From: Spirochaetia bacterium
Lineage (GTDB): Bacteria > Spirochaetota > Spirochaetia > WTKD01 > G963693115
Assembly: GCA_965226065.1 (NCBI GenBank)
Contig: OZ245332.1
Coordinates: 1,316,774-1,380,773, forward strand
Direction of reading: 5' to 3'
DNA: 64,000 nt
A program made the position numbers and the translations under genes. Under the pieces are notes generated by a model, which was not told where the DNA came from, made no database searches, and saw nothing but the letters and a program-made list of their open reading frames with translations. Within the stretch, counting starts at the first letter, position 1; each line of letters starts with the position of its first letter. Of the stretch, positions 46,978 through 57,590 are shown piece after piece.

Positions 46978-47302
46978 ATGTATCTCCTTACGATTACTGA
47001 AAAATTAAGTTTAATTTTTATTTAATATAAATTAAATTATATAGTATTTTTTGTAACTTTTATTATATTTTCAATCCAATGCTGCTTTTTTAGTACTGAT
47101 GAGTTATTGGAGGTAACGCAAAGACTGCGTAGTCAGATTACAAGAATTTGCAGTGCAATTGAATGTAGCGTATAGAATTTACAAATGTATTTACATCGAG
47201 CAGGAGTTCACGGTTGCATAGATTTTATACATGCTACTGACATATTCATAACGGAGTTCGTATTTGATATAAAATGTTTATGTGTAGAGAAAGTAATCTA
47301 GT

Positions 47303-47962
47303 ATGATAAATAATAATATGTTAAAAAAGCATGCACTTATAAAAAGTATTTTAGACATAGGTATTGTCGCAATAATACGCGCTGAATCTGTTGAGAGTGC
47401 TGAAAAAGCGGTAGAAGCTTGTATAGAAGGCGGACTTTCCGCAGTAGAACTTACGTTTACTGTTAGTGGAGCACCTCGACTTATAGAAAAATTGCATAGT
47501 CGAATACGTCATTCATGCGTGTTAGGAGCAGGTACCGTGCTTGATTCTGAAACGGCTCGTATTGCCATACTCTCGGGTGCTTCGTACATTGTGAGCCCCA
47601 ATTTTGATGTAAGCACCGCTTTATTGTGCAATCGATATGCAGTACCATACATGGCTGGTTGTTATACGCCCACCGAGGCAGTACGCGCTATGGAATACGG
47701 CGTGGAAATTATAAAACTGTTTCCCAGTAGTTTGCATAGTCCAAATATTATAAAAGCCTTTACAGCTCCATTGCCACAGGCAAACATAATGCCCACAGGT
47801 GGCGTGAATTTGTCAAATGCGAAACAATGGATAGCAGCTGGGGCAGTCGCTCTCGGTGTAGGAGGTGATTTGACATCGGGTGTAAAAACAGGCGATTTTG
47901 CATTGGTGAAAGAAAAAGCTCTCGCGTATAAAAAAGCAGTAAAGGAAGCACGAGAAAAATGA
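47303..47962 (+). CDS. eda: KDPG/KHG aldolase
   Basis: VELTF, GAGTVLD, YIVSP, TPTE, KLFP and PTGGV. Confidence 0.93.
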   Translation: MINNNMLKKHALIKSILDIGIVAIIRAESVESAEKAVEACIEGGLSAVELTFTVSGAPRLIEKLHSRIRHSCVLGAGTVLDSETARIAILSGASYIVSPNFDVSTALLCNRYAVPYMAGCYTPTEAVRAMEYGVEIIKLFPSSLHSPNIIKAFTAPLPQANIMPTGGVNLSNAKQWIAAGAVALGVGGDLTSGVKTGDFALVKEKALAYKKAVKEAREK

Positions 47963-48981
47963 AAAAAGTAATTACCTTTGGCGAAATAATGCTAAGACTC
48001 TCACCACCTGCCTATGAGCGCATGGCATTTGCACGATGCTTTGAGGCATGCTACGCAGGAGGAGAGGCAAATGTAGCGGTATCGCTTGCTAATTATGGGC
48101 TTGAAGCATCGTTTGTAAGCAAGGTTCCTGCACACGAAATTGGAGATGCCGTACTGCGTGTGCTACGAGAAGTGGGAGTGAACACCGAGTACGTAGTGCG
48201 CGGCGGAGACAGATTGGGAGTTTATTACTTGGAGCACGGCGCGAGCGTACGGGCATCTAAAGTTCTCTATGATAGAGCGCACTCTGCCATCGCGTATGCT
48301 ACAGAAGATGATTTTGATTTTCCGCGTATATTCAAAGATGCGCAGTGGTTTCATGTATCGGGCATAAGCCCTGCGCTTTCTAAAAATTGTGCAAAGCTTA
48401 CTGAATGCGCTTTGAAAACGGCAAAGGCAATGGGACTTACAACCTCGTTTGATTTGAACTACCGCAAAAAATTATGGAAACCCGAGCAAGCGCAACAGAC
48501 ATGTATACCCTTAATGGAACATGTCGATATATGCATTGGCAATGAAGAAGATGTAGAAAAAGTGCTCGGATTTAAGACTAAAGGAACTGATGTCACATCG
48601 GGAGTCTTGGATATTGAAGGATATAAAAAAACCTTTGAAGTATTACAAAATAAATTTTCTTTTACGCATATTGCGACAACGCTGCGAGAAAGCATATCAG
48701 CAAGCGACAATGGATGGTCTGCGCTTTTGTACGACGGCAGTTTTTTTTACGAATCAAAGAAATACAAACTACACATTGTAGATAGAGTAGGTGGTGGAGA
48801 TTCCTTTAGTGGTGGAATTATCTATGGATTACTGACAAAGCAGAGCAAGCAAGAAGCAATTGACTTTGCCGTCGCTGCAAGTGCCTTAAAACACACGATA
48901 CATGGTGATTTTAATCAAGTTTCAGTTACCGAAGTAGAATCCCTCGCTGCAGGAGATGCAAGCGGACGGGTTGTTCGTTAA
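47959..48981 (+). CDS. kdgK: 2-keto-3-deoxygluconate kinase (PfkB family)
   Basis: FGEIMLRL, GGEANVA, FDLNYRKKLW and DRVGGGDSF. Confidence 0.9.
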   Translation: MKKVITFGEIMLRLSPPAYERMAFARCFEACYAGGEANVAVSLANYGLEASFVSKVPAHEIGDAVLRVLREVGVNTEYVVRGGDRLGVYYLEHGASVRASKVLYDRAHSAIAYATEDDFDFPRIFKDAQWFHVSGISPALSKNCAKLTECALKTAKAMGLTTSFDLNYRKKLWKPEQAQQTCIPLMEHVDICIGNEEDVEKVLGFKTKGTDVTSGVLDIEGYKKTFEVLQNKFSFTHIATTLRESISASDNGWSALLYDGSFFYESKKYKLHIVDRVGGGDSFSGGIIYGLLTKQSKQEAIDFAVAASALKHTIHGDFNQVSVTEVESLAAGDASGRVVR

Positions 48982-49020
48982 TAAAAAATCTGAAAACATG
49001 TAAATTTCTCAATATTTTTT

Positions 49021-49971
49021 ATGATTGTATCAAAGTCTGAATATGTAATAATAAAATATGTGAAGAGAGAACAAAACAATGAATTATATAAAAAAAGAAA
49101 TGTCTTAGATAAGGGTTTTGTGCGCTTAGTTGATTATATGGGATCAGATGCGCGCATTGTGCAATCTGCACGGGTCTCTTATGGAGAGGGTACAAAAACT
49201 TTTCGAGAAGATAAATCACTTATACGATATCTTTTACGAAATGCACATACCTCACCCTTTGAACAAGTAGTCTTTACGTTTCATGTGAAAATGCCTATTT
49301 TTGTTGCACGACAATGGGCGCGTCATCGCACCGCGCGGCTTAATGAAATATCTGCACGTTATAGCGAGATGAAAAATGAATTTTATGTGCCTGATTCTGA
49401 AGATGTTAATTTTCAGAGCAAGGAAAACAAACAAAATCGAGATATGTCAGATACGCACATTTCAAGAGATTTGCAAAAAGAAGTGTGCGAGGTGTTTGTG
49501 CGTGGGCAGGCTCAAAGCTATGAGGACTACCATGCCCTACTTGAGAAAAACATTGCACGAGAAATTGCACGTATTGCATTACCGACTTCGTTGTATACAG
49601 AAATGTATTGGCAAATAGATTTACACAATCTTTTTCATTTTTTGAAATTGCGTATGGACGCACATGCACAAAAAGAAATTCAATCTTATGCTACGGTTCT
49701 TTTCGCAGTGGCAAAAGAAATATGTCCTTTAGCTTGTGAAGCTTTTGAAGATTATGTACTCGGTAAAGTAGAATTTTACGCCTTTGAACTTGAGGCACTT
49801 GGTCGTATGTTACAGATAAAAAATGCGCAACCTGCCTTAGATGTAAATGCAATGGAAACAATAGCAGAAGCATCGGGTATTACCAATACAAAAGAGCGGA
49901 CACGTTTTGTGCAAAAAATTTCTGCAATACAATCTGCAATACAAGCAGAGATACAAGAGAACACTTCATAA
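49021..49971 (+). CDS. thyX: FAD-dependent thymidylate synthase
   Basis: IVQSARVSY, HTSPFE, RHRTARLNEISARY and EIAR; exact start uncertain. Confidence 0.95.
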   Translation: MIVSKSEYVIIKYVKREQNNELYKKRNVLDKGFVRLVDYMGSDARIVQSARVSYGEGTKTFREDKSLIRYLLRNAHTSPFEQVVFTFHVKMPIFVARQWARHRTARLNEISARYSEMKNEFYVPDSEDVNFQSKENKQNRDMSDTHISRDLQKEVCEVFVRGQAQSYEDYHALLEKNIAREIARIALPTSLYTEMYWQIDLHNLFHFLKLRMDAHAQKEIQSYATVLFAVAKEICPLACEAFEDYVLGKVEFYAFELEALGRMLQIKNAQPALDVNAMETIAEASGITNTKERTRFVQKISAIQSAIQAEIQENTS

Positions 49972-49979
49972 TATAACGA

Positions 49980-50417
49980 ATGTATAAGCGTTCTTGGTTT
50001 TCTTTCACGGCGCAGATTATTCGTACTGCAATGCGCACGACTCGCATGGGTGATTGGTGCATTGTAGTGTTCTCGCTCGCTTGCGTATTTCTCTTGGGAG
50101 TTTTTGCATGGCGAGGTAGTTCTTCAGCACGCAAAAAACCATATGTAGAAATTACCACTTCTAAAGGTACATTTTTATATCAGCTTGAACAACAGCGCAG
50201 TATTAGCATTGACGGACCACTTGGTAAGACTGTTGTGGTAATTGATAAAAAAGTAGATGTAATACAATCGCCGGGTCGTAGACAAATATGTGTGAATGCA
50301 AAACCTATTTTTCAGCATGGACAGTGGCTTGCCTGTCTTCCTAATAGGGTATTTTTACGAATATATGGAAATCCATCAAAGACGCAAGAAAGCGCGGTAG
50401 ATGGTTTGAGTTTCTGA
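49980..50417 (+). CDS. NusG domain II-containing protein
   Basis: One TM segment, then GPLGKT..SP..ICV..G..LACLPNRV. Confidence 0.8.
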   Translation: MYKRSWFSFTAQIIRTAMRTTRMGDWCIVVFSLACVFLLGVFAWRGSSSARKKPYVEITTSKGTFLYQLEQQRSISIDGPLGKTVVVIDKKVDVIQSPGRRQICVNAKPIFQHGQWLACLPNRVFLRIYGNPSKTQESAVDGLSF

Positions 50418-50501
50418 ATAGAAAATATGTAAAGAATAGAGTAAAATATTACAGAAGAAAATAAAAATGAAACATGAATAATTGGAACTAAAGGAGGTAC
50501 T

Positions 50502-50894
50502 ATGAATAAAATTATAATGTTGCTTATTGTGCTGTTTTTATTAGGTACGCATGCACATGCGCAATTTAGTAGCACGCCTGTATCTACAACTGTTGAATCT
50601 ACTAAATCCATATGGGAGGGGTCTGCGGTGGTTCTTGAAGGATATTTGATAGAACAACTTGAAGATACCATCTACCTTTTTCAAGATTCTACTGGTCGCA
50701 TTAAGGTTAACATTGAATATTCAGATTTCGAATCCTTGTCGTTTGATGATGAAACAAAGGTAAAACTTCAAGGAAAAGTAGATGTTTTATGGCCATCAAA
50801 ATTTAGACAGATAAATGTAGATTATGTAGAAATCATAACTGAAAAAGCTGATGATATTACCATGGATGCGGAGAAAAAAAAGGATTGTATTTAA
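50502..50894 (+). CDS. YgiW/YdeI (BOF) OB-fold periplasmic protein
   Basis: Signal peptide; VVLEGYLIEQL...YLFQDSTGRIKVNI. Confidence 0.85.
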   Translation: MNKIIMLLIVLFLLGTHAHAQFSSTPVSTTVESTKSIWEGSAVVLEGYLIEQLEDTIYLFQDSTGRIKVNIEYSDFESLSFDDETKVKLQGKVDVLWPSKFRQINVDYVEIITEKADDITMDAEKKKDCI

Positions 50895-50980
50895 ATGACT
50901 GACAGAGTTGTATATGATTCATCTTATTGTTTTTAAGTTTTTTCATCAAAATTTTTCGGAGCGAACTATATAATAACGGC

Positions 50981-52294
50981 ATGAAAGTACACGCAGTATC
51001 TGAAATACGGAAAAGACAAAACCAATTTCAAAAGACAACTTTTACGCAACAATTAGCGAAAAATGTAGCATTATTGTCACAAACCGTAGCCGAGTTACGA
51101 AACAATGTTTTGCGAGAGGTAACTGAGAATCCTGCGCTTGAAATAAAAAATGATCCAAACTACGAAAGTATTGAAACAATACAACGTGAGAAATATTTAG
51201 GAAATGATGCCAATAAACGATTTCAATTGATAGAAAGTCGTCTCGTTAGCCCTACAACACTTCATGATTATTTGCTTCAACAATTGCACTTAGAAATTGA
51301 TGATGAACGAGAACGTGCAATAGGAGCGAAGATTATTGAGAACCTTGATGAATACGGGTTTTACAGCAGTGCTCCACAAGAAATATGTAGTGATATACCA
51401 GATGTTACAAAAGAAGCGGTAGACAAGATTACGCACATTATTCAAGGATGCGATCCTATAGGTTGTGCAACTGCAGGTGTTATGGATTCGCTTGACATAC
51501 AAGTTGAGCATTTAGAGATATCAGAACCACATAAGGCATTACTGCATGAATGTATATCTCTTATAGCTGATAGTGCAAAAGATACTACTATTGGCAAGCA
51601 ATTATCTCGCTATCTCGCTCAAGATGAAATAAAGCATTATTTTCACCAAATAACGCCTTATCCGGGGCTTGCATATAATCCACATTTCACTTCAAAATCA
51701 GAAAGATACATAATACCCGATGGAGTCATTGTAATTTTAGATGACGGTTCAGTGCAGGTGCGAATAAACAATGATATCATTCCCATTATTGATATAAAAC
51801 AAGATGTGCAAGAAATAGCAAACGGCGAAGATAAAACCATTGCAGATTTTGCGAATCAGTGTATACAAGATGCACAATTATTTATGACAGGATTGAAGTA
51901 TCGACACTATTCATTGGAAAAAGTTGTTACTTTTATTGCTCATACACAGCTTGATTTTTTTACGGAAAAACAGGCATATTTACATCCTCTGACGCGTAAG
52001 ACAATAGCATCAGCATTAGATTTCAATGAATCGACTATTTCACGAATTGTAACAGATAAGTACATTCAAACTCCTCGCGGTATTTTCGAAATAAAACATT
52101 TTTTATCTCATAGTCTTGGATCAGCTAATACGAGTGTAGATGAAATTGAAAAAGCTATACAAAAGATCATAAGTCAATTTCCCGAAAAGCGTCCTAGTGA
52201 CGAAAAGATAGCGGAGATTTTAGCATTACAAGGTATAAAGATAGCGCGTCGTACTGTTGCAAAATATCGAAAAGAGTCTGAGGGGCTTGTGTGA
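50981..52294 (+). CDS. rpoN: RNA polymerase sigma-54 factor
   Basis: NPALE, LDEYG, ESTISR, SDEKIAEIL and the RpoN box ARRTVAKYR. Confidence 0.93.
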   Translation: MKVHAVSEIRKRQNQFQKTTFTQQLAKNVALLSQTVAELRNNVLREVTENPALEIKNDPNYESIETIQREKYLGNDANKRFQLIESRLVSPTTLHDYLLQQLHLEIDDERERAIGAKIIENLDEYGFYSSAPQEICSDIPDVTKEAVDKITHIIQGCDPIGCATAGVMDSLDIQVEHLEISEPHKALLHECISLIADSAKDTTIGKQLSRYLAQDEIKHYFHQITPYPGLAYNPHFTSKSERYIIPDGVIVILDDGSVQVRINNDIIPIIDIKQDVQEIANGEDKTIADFANQCIQDAQLFMTGLKYRHYSLEKVVTFIAHTQLDFFTEKQAYLHPLTRKTIASALDFNESTISRIVTDKYIQTPRGIFEIKHFLSHSLGSANTSVDEIEKAIQKIISQFPEKRPSDEKIAEILALQGIKIARRTVAKYRKESEGLV

Positions 52295-53232
52295 ATGTAA
52301 AAAAGACCATCAGCGTTCTTGATTTTATCATAAGTTCTGAGAAACACAATATTCTGCTGCATGTTGAGTGTGTTGCGGGACGTAAAGGACTGAGAAATCA
52401 ATTGACAAATGCGCTTAATAGACCCGGTCTTGCGTTAAATGGAGTGTTCTCTCAGTTTGGAGAGGACAGAGCACATTTATTTGGACTTGGAGAAGTGCAA
52501 TTTTTATATGATTTAGAAAAAGAAAAAAAGATTACCAAAATACTAGAAAATTTTTTTTCGCACAATGTAAGTTGTTGTATTATTTCCCACGTTTCTCCCG
52601 AGCATAAACCACCACAAATTTTTGTAGATTTTTGTGAACGATATAATTGCCCTTTGCTTTACACAACTCTTTCAACCTATGATTTTAGTGTCCGCCTTTA
52701 TCGCGTATTAAACCGATGCTTTGCACCTACAGAATTAATGCACGGCGTGTTTATGGACATACGCGATCTCGGTGTATTGATAACAGGGAAAAGTGGAATT
52801 GGAAAAAGTGAAAATGCCTTAGGTATATTAGAACGTGGCTTTAACAAGCTTATTGCTGATGATGTAGTACTCTTAGAACGCATAGACGAATCTACGATTG
52901 TTGGGCGCTCACCAGATACTTCTCATTACAAGCATCATTTAGAAATACGTGGCGTAGGCATTATTAACTTGCCGCAAATGTTTGGTATCACTGCTATGCT
53001 TAAAAGCAAAACATTGAATATGATAATCAATATGGAAGAATGGAATCACGAGTATGAATTGAATATTGAGAGACTTGAGCAAGAACAATTTACTAGTGTA
53101 ATGGGGGTAGAAATACCCTATGTTTCTATACCGGTGAAAATTGGGCGAAACATTCCGCTGCTGATAGAAACAGCGGTGATAAAACAACGATTAAAATTCA
53201 TGGGATATCATGAAGAAGATCCTTTTGTATAA
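52291..53232 (+). CDS. hprK: HPr kinase/phosphorylase
   Basis: NRPGLAL, HGVFMD, GKSGIGKSE, LIADD and LEIRGVGII. Confidence 0.95.
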   Translation: MNVKKTISVLDFIISSEKHNILLHVECVAGRKGLRNQLTNALNRPGLALNGVFSQFGEDRAHLFGLGEVQFLYDLEKEKKITKILENFFSHNVSCCIISHVSPEHKPPQIFVDFCERYNCPLLYTTLSTYDFSVRLYRVLNRCFAPTELMHGVFMDIRDLGVLITGKSGIGKSENALGILERGFNKLIADDVVLLERIDESTIVGRSPDTSHYKHHLEIRGVGIINLPQMFGITAMLKSKTLNMIINMEEWNHEYELNIERLEQEQFTSVMGVEIPYVSIPVKIGRNIPLLIETAVIKQRLKFMGYHEEDPFV

Positions 53233-53246
53233 TACAATAAATAAAA

Positions 53247-53516
53247 ATGGCAGAAACTCACGTAACGATACAAAATAAAGCAGGGTTACATGCGCGTCCT
53301 TCTTCAATGATAGTAAAGATTGCTTCAAAATATATGTGTGAAATTTACATAGGTACAAAAAATAATATGGTAAATGCAAAGTCTATTATGGGTGTAATGA
53401 CCCTCGGTGCGGGATATGGTACTGATATTGTAGTGCGCGCAGAAGGCGATAATGAAGAAAACGCAATTCAAGAAATAAAGTTGCTTTTTGACAATAAATT
53501 TACCAGTTCTGATTAA
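53247..53516 (+). CDS. ptsH: Phosphocarrier protein HPr
   Basis: GLHARP (His15) and NAKSIMGVM (Ser46). Confidence 0.95.
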   Translation: MAETHVTIQNKAGLHARPSSMIVKIASKYMCEIYIGTKNNMVNAKSIMGVMTLGAGYGTDIVVRAEGDNEENAIQEIKLLFDNKFTSSD

Positions 53517-53542
53517 AGAGCAGTGTCATAAAATAATGTTTT

Positions 53543-54595
53543 ATGAATAATATATGGTTTCTTGGTGGATCTGAGCTTGGACAGCAAGAAAAAGAGTATC
53601 AAAAAATACGTGCACATGTTACTGCATGTATACAAAAACAGGAAGCAGACGCACAAATTTATAATGCGACATTTTTTATAGGCGAAGATGACGAAGTTCT
53701 TATTGATGAGATACTTTCCTCATCTTTGTTTATGCGTTATAAAGTGATTACCGTGCAAGGCATACATAAAGCATCTGCTGCCGCTTCTGTAAAAATTGCA
53801 CAAGCCTGCACTAATGCCTCTGAGGAGATATACCTCATTTTACGCGGCGATGGACATAAACTACACATTTCGCTTGAGCGCATTATTCCCAAGTCGCACA
53901 CAAAAATATTTTGGAAACTCTCGGATTCTGATTATTCGCACTATGTTTTTGAAAAAGCACGAGATATGAATATCAACTTGCACCCCGATGCGGTAGATCT
54001 TATTGTATACTTAGCAGGAGAACACACATATGAGCTAGATATGATACTTATGTCTATCGCTCAGCATGTTGCGAAAGAAAACGAAGGTGAAAAAATATCA
54101 TCACATGTACAGACACAAGAATCGTATTCTCCGTCACTTCAAAAAAAAGCAATTGTAAAAAAAGAATCAATAGAAAAATGGATTACCCATTATAAATCTG
54201 AAAGTGTTTTTTCGCTTTTTTCCATGCTTGCATTGCATCGTTATGAGGATGCTACTGACATACTCTCGACGCTTATTCAGGCACAAGAAAATCCAGTATC
54301 AATTGTAGCGGGAATTGTTTATCAGATAAAAAATGCTCTTCGTATACAAGAGCAGTGTGTCAATGGTATGACAGTAAAAAATGCCTGCACTATGCTTAAG
54401 ATACGCGGCGGGTACACGGTGTACAATCAGTACAAAAGTTTTATTACTACCCTTTCGCTTTCTGAATTACAAGACATGCTTTGTATCTGTAGTACTACGG
54501 ACGCTGCACTTCGCGATAGTGCAAGTGCCCGCTATCAGCAGCTTTTAGTAAGCAAGATGCTCTACGATATTATTACTATTATGCAAAAAAGATGA
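53543..54595 (+). CDS. holA: DNA polymerase III delta subunit
   Basis: N-terminal WFLGGSELG, SSSLF..YKVITV, and C-terminal helical collar; divergent. Confidence 0.7.
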   Translation: MNNIWFLGGSELGQQEKEYQKIRAHVTACIQKQEADAQIYNATFFIGEDDEVLIDEILSSSLFMRYKVITVQGIHKASAAASVKIAQACTNASEEIYLILRGDGHKLHISLERIIPKSHTKIFWKLSDSDYSHYVFEKARDMNINLHPDAVDLIVYLAGEHTYELDMILMSIAQHVAKENEGEKISSHVQTQESYSPSLQKKAIVKKESIEKWITHYKSESVFSLFSMLALHRYEDATDILSTLIQAQENPVSIVAGIVYQIKNALRIQEQCVNGMTVKNACTMLKIRGGYTVYNQYKSFITTLSLSELQDMLCICSTTDAALRDSASARYQQLLVSKMLYDIITIMQKR

Positions 54596-54799
54596 AGGAG
54601 GACGATGGCACTTTTAGATGGTATTTCACGCAACAATGCGTTTTTTATCATTTCTTTGAGGAAATGGATGAATCATGAGCGAACTTACATATAAAAGTGT
54701 TTGACTGGAGAAATACCCTCAAAGTATCAATGTCGCTACAGGTAGATGGTATAATGATGAAAAGGCATTGTGTGCAGTTAAAAAAATTCAAGAAAAAGA

Positions 54800-55429
54800 G
54801 TGATGTTAAGAATGTGGAGTAAAATTTTCAATGAACCTTATCGCAATAAAATAAGACAAGTATTGCCTACGTTGTTTAATATGGTAGAATTAGAAAATAA
54901 GCGCGGTAAAAAATTGGGCATGGAAGTAGGAAATGCACGAGAGCGCGTGATAATCGCATTGTTTATGTATGTATACGGTAAAGATAACGTAGGGTTTCCA
55001 CCTACTACTTCTCATGAAGTAGATGCAATTGTTAATGAACATCCGATATCAATTAAGACACGCTTGTATAACACAGAACATAATTACTCAGGTGTAAAAG
55101 CGTGTTGGACTGTGGACTGGGAAAAAGTACAGCAGTTTGTAAATGAATATATCCCGCGCAGTGATTTATTGTTTATAAATGTTGTGTGGGGTAAAAAAGG
55201 TGGATTTTATATCGTACCTCAACACATGCAAAAAGGTATTGAGTTTTACTTTAAAATGCCAAAACAAGGTACGAACTTTAGAGGTGTAGAATTATCACAG
55301 AAAGTATTACAAGCCTTCTTAGAACATGGTGATACACAAAAAATAGAAATTCAATGGAAGCGAGACTCATCATTGTTAGGTGAACGAGCTCTTTATTTAA
55401 GATGGGTGGATTTATGGGACACACTGTAA
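54800..55429 (+). CDS. ThaI-family type II restriction endonuclease
   Basis: LPTLFNMVELENKRG.KLGMEVGNARERVIIAL, EVDAIV...PISIKT and WTVD; recognised by eye. Confidence 0.8.
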   Translation: MMLRMWSKIFNEPYRNKIRQVLPTLFNMVELENKRGKKLGMEVGNARERVIIALFMYVYGKDNVGFPPTTSHEVDAIVNEHPISIKTRLYNTEHNYSGVKACWTVDWEKVQQFVNEYIPRSDLLFINVVWGKKGGFYIVPQHMQKGIEFYFKMPKQGTNFRGVELSQKVLQAFLEHGDTQKIEIQWKRDSSLLGERALYLRWVDLWDTL

Positions 55430-56301
55430 CAACATCATTTGGTTCTACAAAACGAGAAGGGCACGACTCATCTTCCTTTTATTCACGAAAATTATATAGT
55501 TCGATACCGAAGCCGAAGCAGAAAGGAACGTCCACAGAAAATGAATTATCAGAGACAAACCTTATATACTGTGCCGATAGCAGAAACATGAAAGAGCTAC
55601 CTGATAATTCTGTTCATTTAATGATAACGTCTCCTCCTTATAACGTGGGTAAAGATTATGAAGAAGACTTGTCACTTCATGAGTACAAAGACTTGCTATA
55701 TAAAGTTATGCAGGAGACATACAGAGTATTGGTAGAAGGTGGTAGAGTTTGTATCAATATTGCGAATGTAGGTAGATCTCCTTATATTCCTTTACATTTA
55801 TATGTTATAAATATAGCGCAAGAGTTAGGATTTTTTATGCGCGGTGAAATTATATGGGATAAAGGAGCAAGTGCAGGAAGTTCATGTGCGTGGGGTAGCT
55901 GGAAGTCAGCAAGCAATCCAACGATACGAGATGTACATGAATACATATTGGTTTTTTGTAAAGAAATGTTTAATCGCCACCCTATACGACAAAATACCGT
56001 AGGAAGAGATGATTTTATAGAATGCACAAAAAGCGTATGGCGTATGCAGACGACGAGTGCTAAACGTCTAAAGCACGCAGCGCCTTTCCCTGTAGAGTTG
56101 CCTTATAGGTTAATTAATCTTTATTCGTACCAAAACGATATTATATTAGATCCATTTATGGGTAGTGGGACAACCGCAGAAGCAGCAATAAAAACAGAAA
56201 GAAGATACATAGGATATGAAATCAATAAAGAATATGTGAACTTTGCTCGTCAAAGGGTGAGAGAAATGTCCCTAGTCGATAAAGTAATTAATAATCTCTG
56301 A
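55402..56301 (+). CDS. Beta-class DNA methyltransferase (SPPY, probably N4-cytosine)
   Basis: ITSPPYN, HAAPFP and DPFMGSGTT. Confidence 0.92.
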   Translation: MGGFMGHTVTTSFGSTKREGHDSSSFYSRKLYSSIPKPKQKGTSTENELSETNLIYCADSRNMKELPDNSVHLMITSPPYNVGKDYEEDLSLHEYKDLLYKVMQETYRVLVEGGRVCINIANVGRSPYIPLHLYVINIAQELGFFMRGEIIWDKGASAGSSCAWGSWKSASNPTIRDVHEYILVFCKEMFNRHPIRQNTVGRDDFIECTKSVWRMQTTSAKRLKHAAPFPVELPYRLINLYSYQNDIILDPFMGSGTTAEAAIKTERRYIGYEINKEYVNFARQRVREMSLVDKVINNL

Positions 56302-56383
56302 TTCTTCTTTACCGTGAAGATTTTAGAAAATCCCTTAAGACATGTATTTATAGAAACGTAAGAATTATACCTTAGGGTCAAGA

Positions 56384-56959
56384 TTATCGTTCAAGAGCAA
56401 AGCCACATAATTGTCGCAAGTGATTACGCACCTTTTTCACTGCGGGGTCAAAGTGATTTTGCAGTTCTTTCCGTTGCTCTTGCGCTGCTTGCAAGACACG
56501 TGCTTGCAGTGTTTGCTGCTGTGCAGGGTTACCTGATGCTTGCTGGGTAATTTGTGCAAGCTGCGTTTGCATCTGTTGTGCAAACTTTGCGTGTTCTTCT
56601 AAGTACTGCTGACACACGCTGTGAAATTGCTTTATAAGCTGTTCTACCATGGCAGGGTTAGGTGAAAGTGACATAGCGATGGTTTTTATGGTATCTATGC
56701 GTGACATTGTAGAGTCATTTGAGGGAAGTGCAATTTGTAAAAGCAATGCTTCGCCTAAACCATTGCGTACGTATTCTCTATCTTGTTCAGCATATGCCGT
56801 GAGTTCTTGCTCTATGTCTATCTGCGGGTTTTCTAGCACGCGGGCACAAAGCAATTTTCCTTTGTCAATATGTTCCTTTCGTTGTAGCGACTTCTTATCA
56901 GGCGCTACGTCTTTGAAACGCTCCATAGCTTTTTCAAAAGATGATTTAATTTCTGACAT
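56384..56959 (-). CDS. DUF6657-like spirochete hypothetical protein
   Basis: MSEIKSSFEKAMER N-terminus; recognised by eye. Confidence 0.65.
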   Translation of the reverse strand: MSEIKSSFEKAMERFKDVAPDKKSLQRKEHIDKGKLLCARVLENPQIDIEQELTAYAEQDREYVRNGLGEALLLQIALPSNDSTMSRIDTIKTIAMSLSPNPAMVEQLIKQFHSVCQQYLEEHAKFAQQMQTQLAQITQQASGNPAQQQTLQARVLQAAQEQRKELQNHFDPAVKKVRNHLRQLCGFALER

Positions 56960-57052
56960 GTGCTTATTATATCAAATGCAATGTATTCATAAGACATTTT
57001 CGTGGTACAAATGAGTACTAGTTTTTGTCACGGTTCTTTGTATTACTTATTT

Positions 57053-57075
57053 CTCTACGCTTGGTAAGCGTAGAG
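57053..57075. other. Perfect 10-bp hairpin ctctacgctt-ggt-aagcgtagag
   Basis: Seen directly; no U-tract on either strand, so role is unclear. Confidence 0.5.
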
Positions 57076-57180
57076 GGTAACTTACGCTCTGCTATCAGAT
57101 TATCTTTAAACGCATCTTATGTTTTTAAGTTAAGAAAAAAGGAAGCGTATAAAGCGATTCCTTTATGTATAATCTGTATG

Positions 57181-57467
57181 TTATCTATACTCTAGTTTAC
57201 GAATGATATGATTTAAATAATCAGTGATGTAGAGCGTGTTATCAGAAGTAATGGCTATTCCCGATGGACTATTAAATCGCGCTAATTTACCCCTGCCATC
57301 CTTAGAGCCTCTTGTGCTGCTACCTGCAAGAGTCGTAATTCATCATACTTTGTCTACCTTTTGTGTGTTGCTTGAGGGTTTAGATTTTTTCTCTGATTTT
57401 GGACTATCGCAGGCTGCTATAAAAAAGGTTATAAGAGCTATATAATATAGGTTTTTTGATGTATCAT
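57181..57467 (-). pseudogene. Degraded NHL-repeat lipoprotein
   Basis: AAGGAG RBS, ATG at 57467, frameshift in an AT run, FFIAAC lipobox, TGA TGA, then ITTLAGS..DG.G..ARFNSPSGIAIT..LYITDYLNHIIRK. Confidence 0.75.
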
Positions 57468-57590
57468 AGATAACTCCTTAATTATGTAAATGTTTCTATA
57501 AGCTCAAAGCTTAATAAATAATAGACACTTTTAATATATTTTCAAGCGCTTTTTGCTTGATAGTTTCTCGTCCTCCTACAAAAAATTACT

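Noticed and set aside
57236-57445. 69-aa plus-strand ORF
   Set aside because: It is the antisense shadow of the NHL lipoprotein pseudogene.
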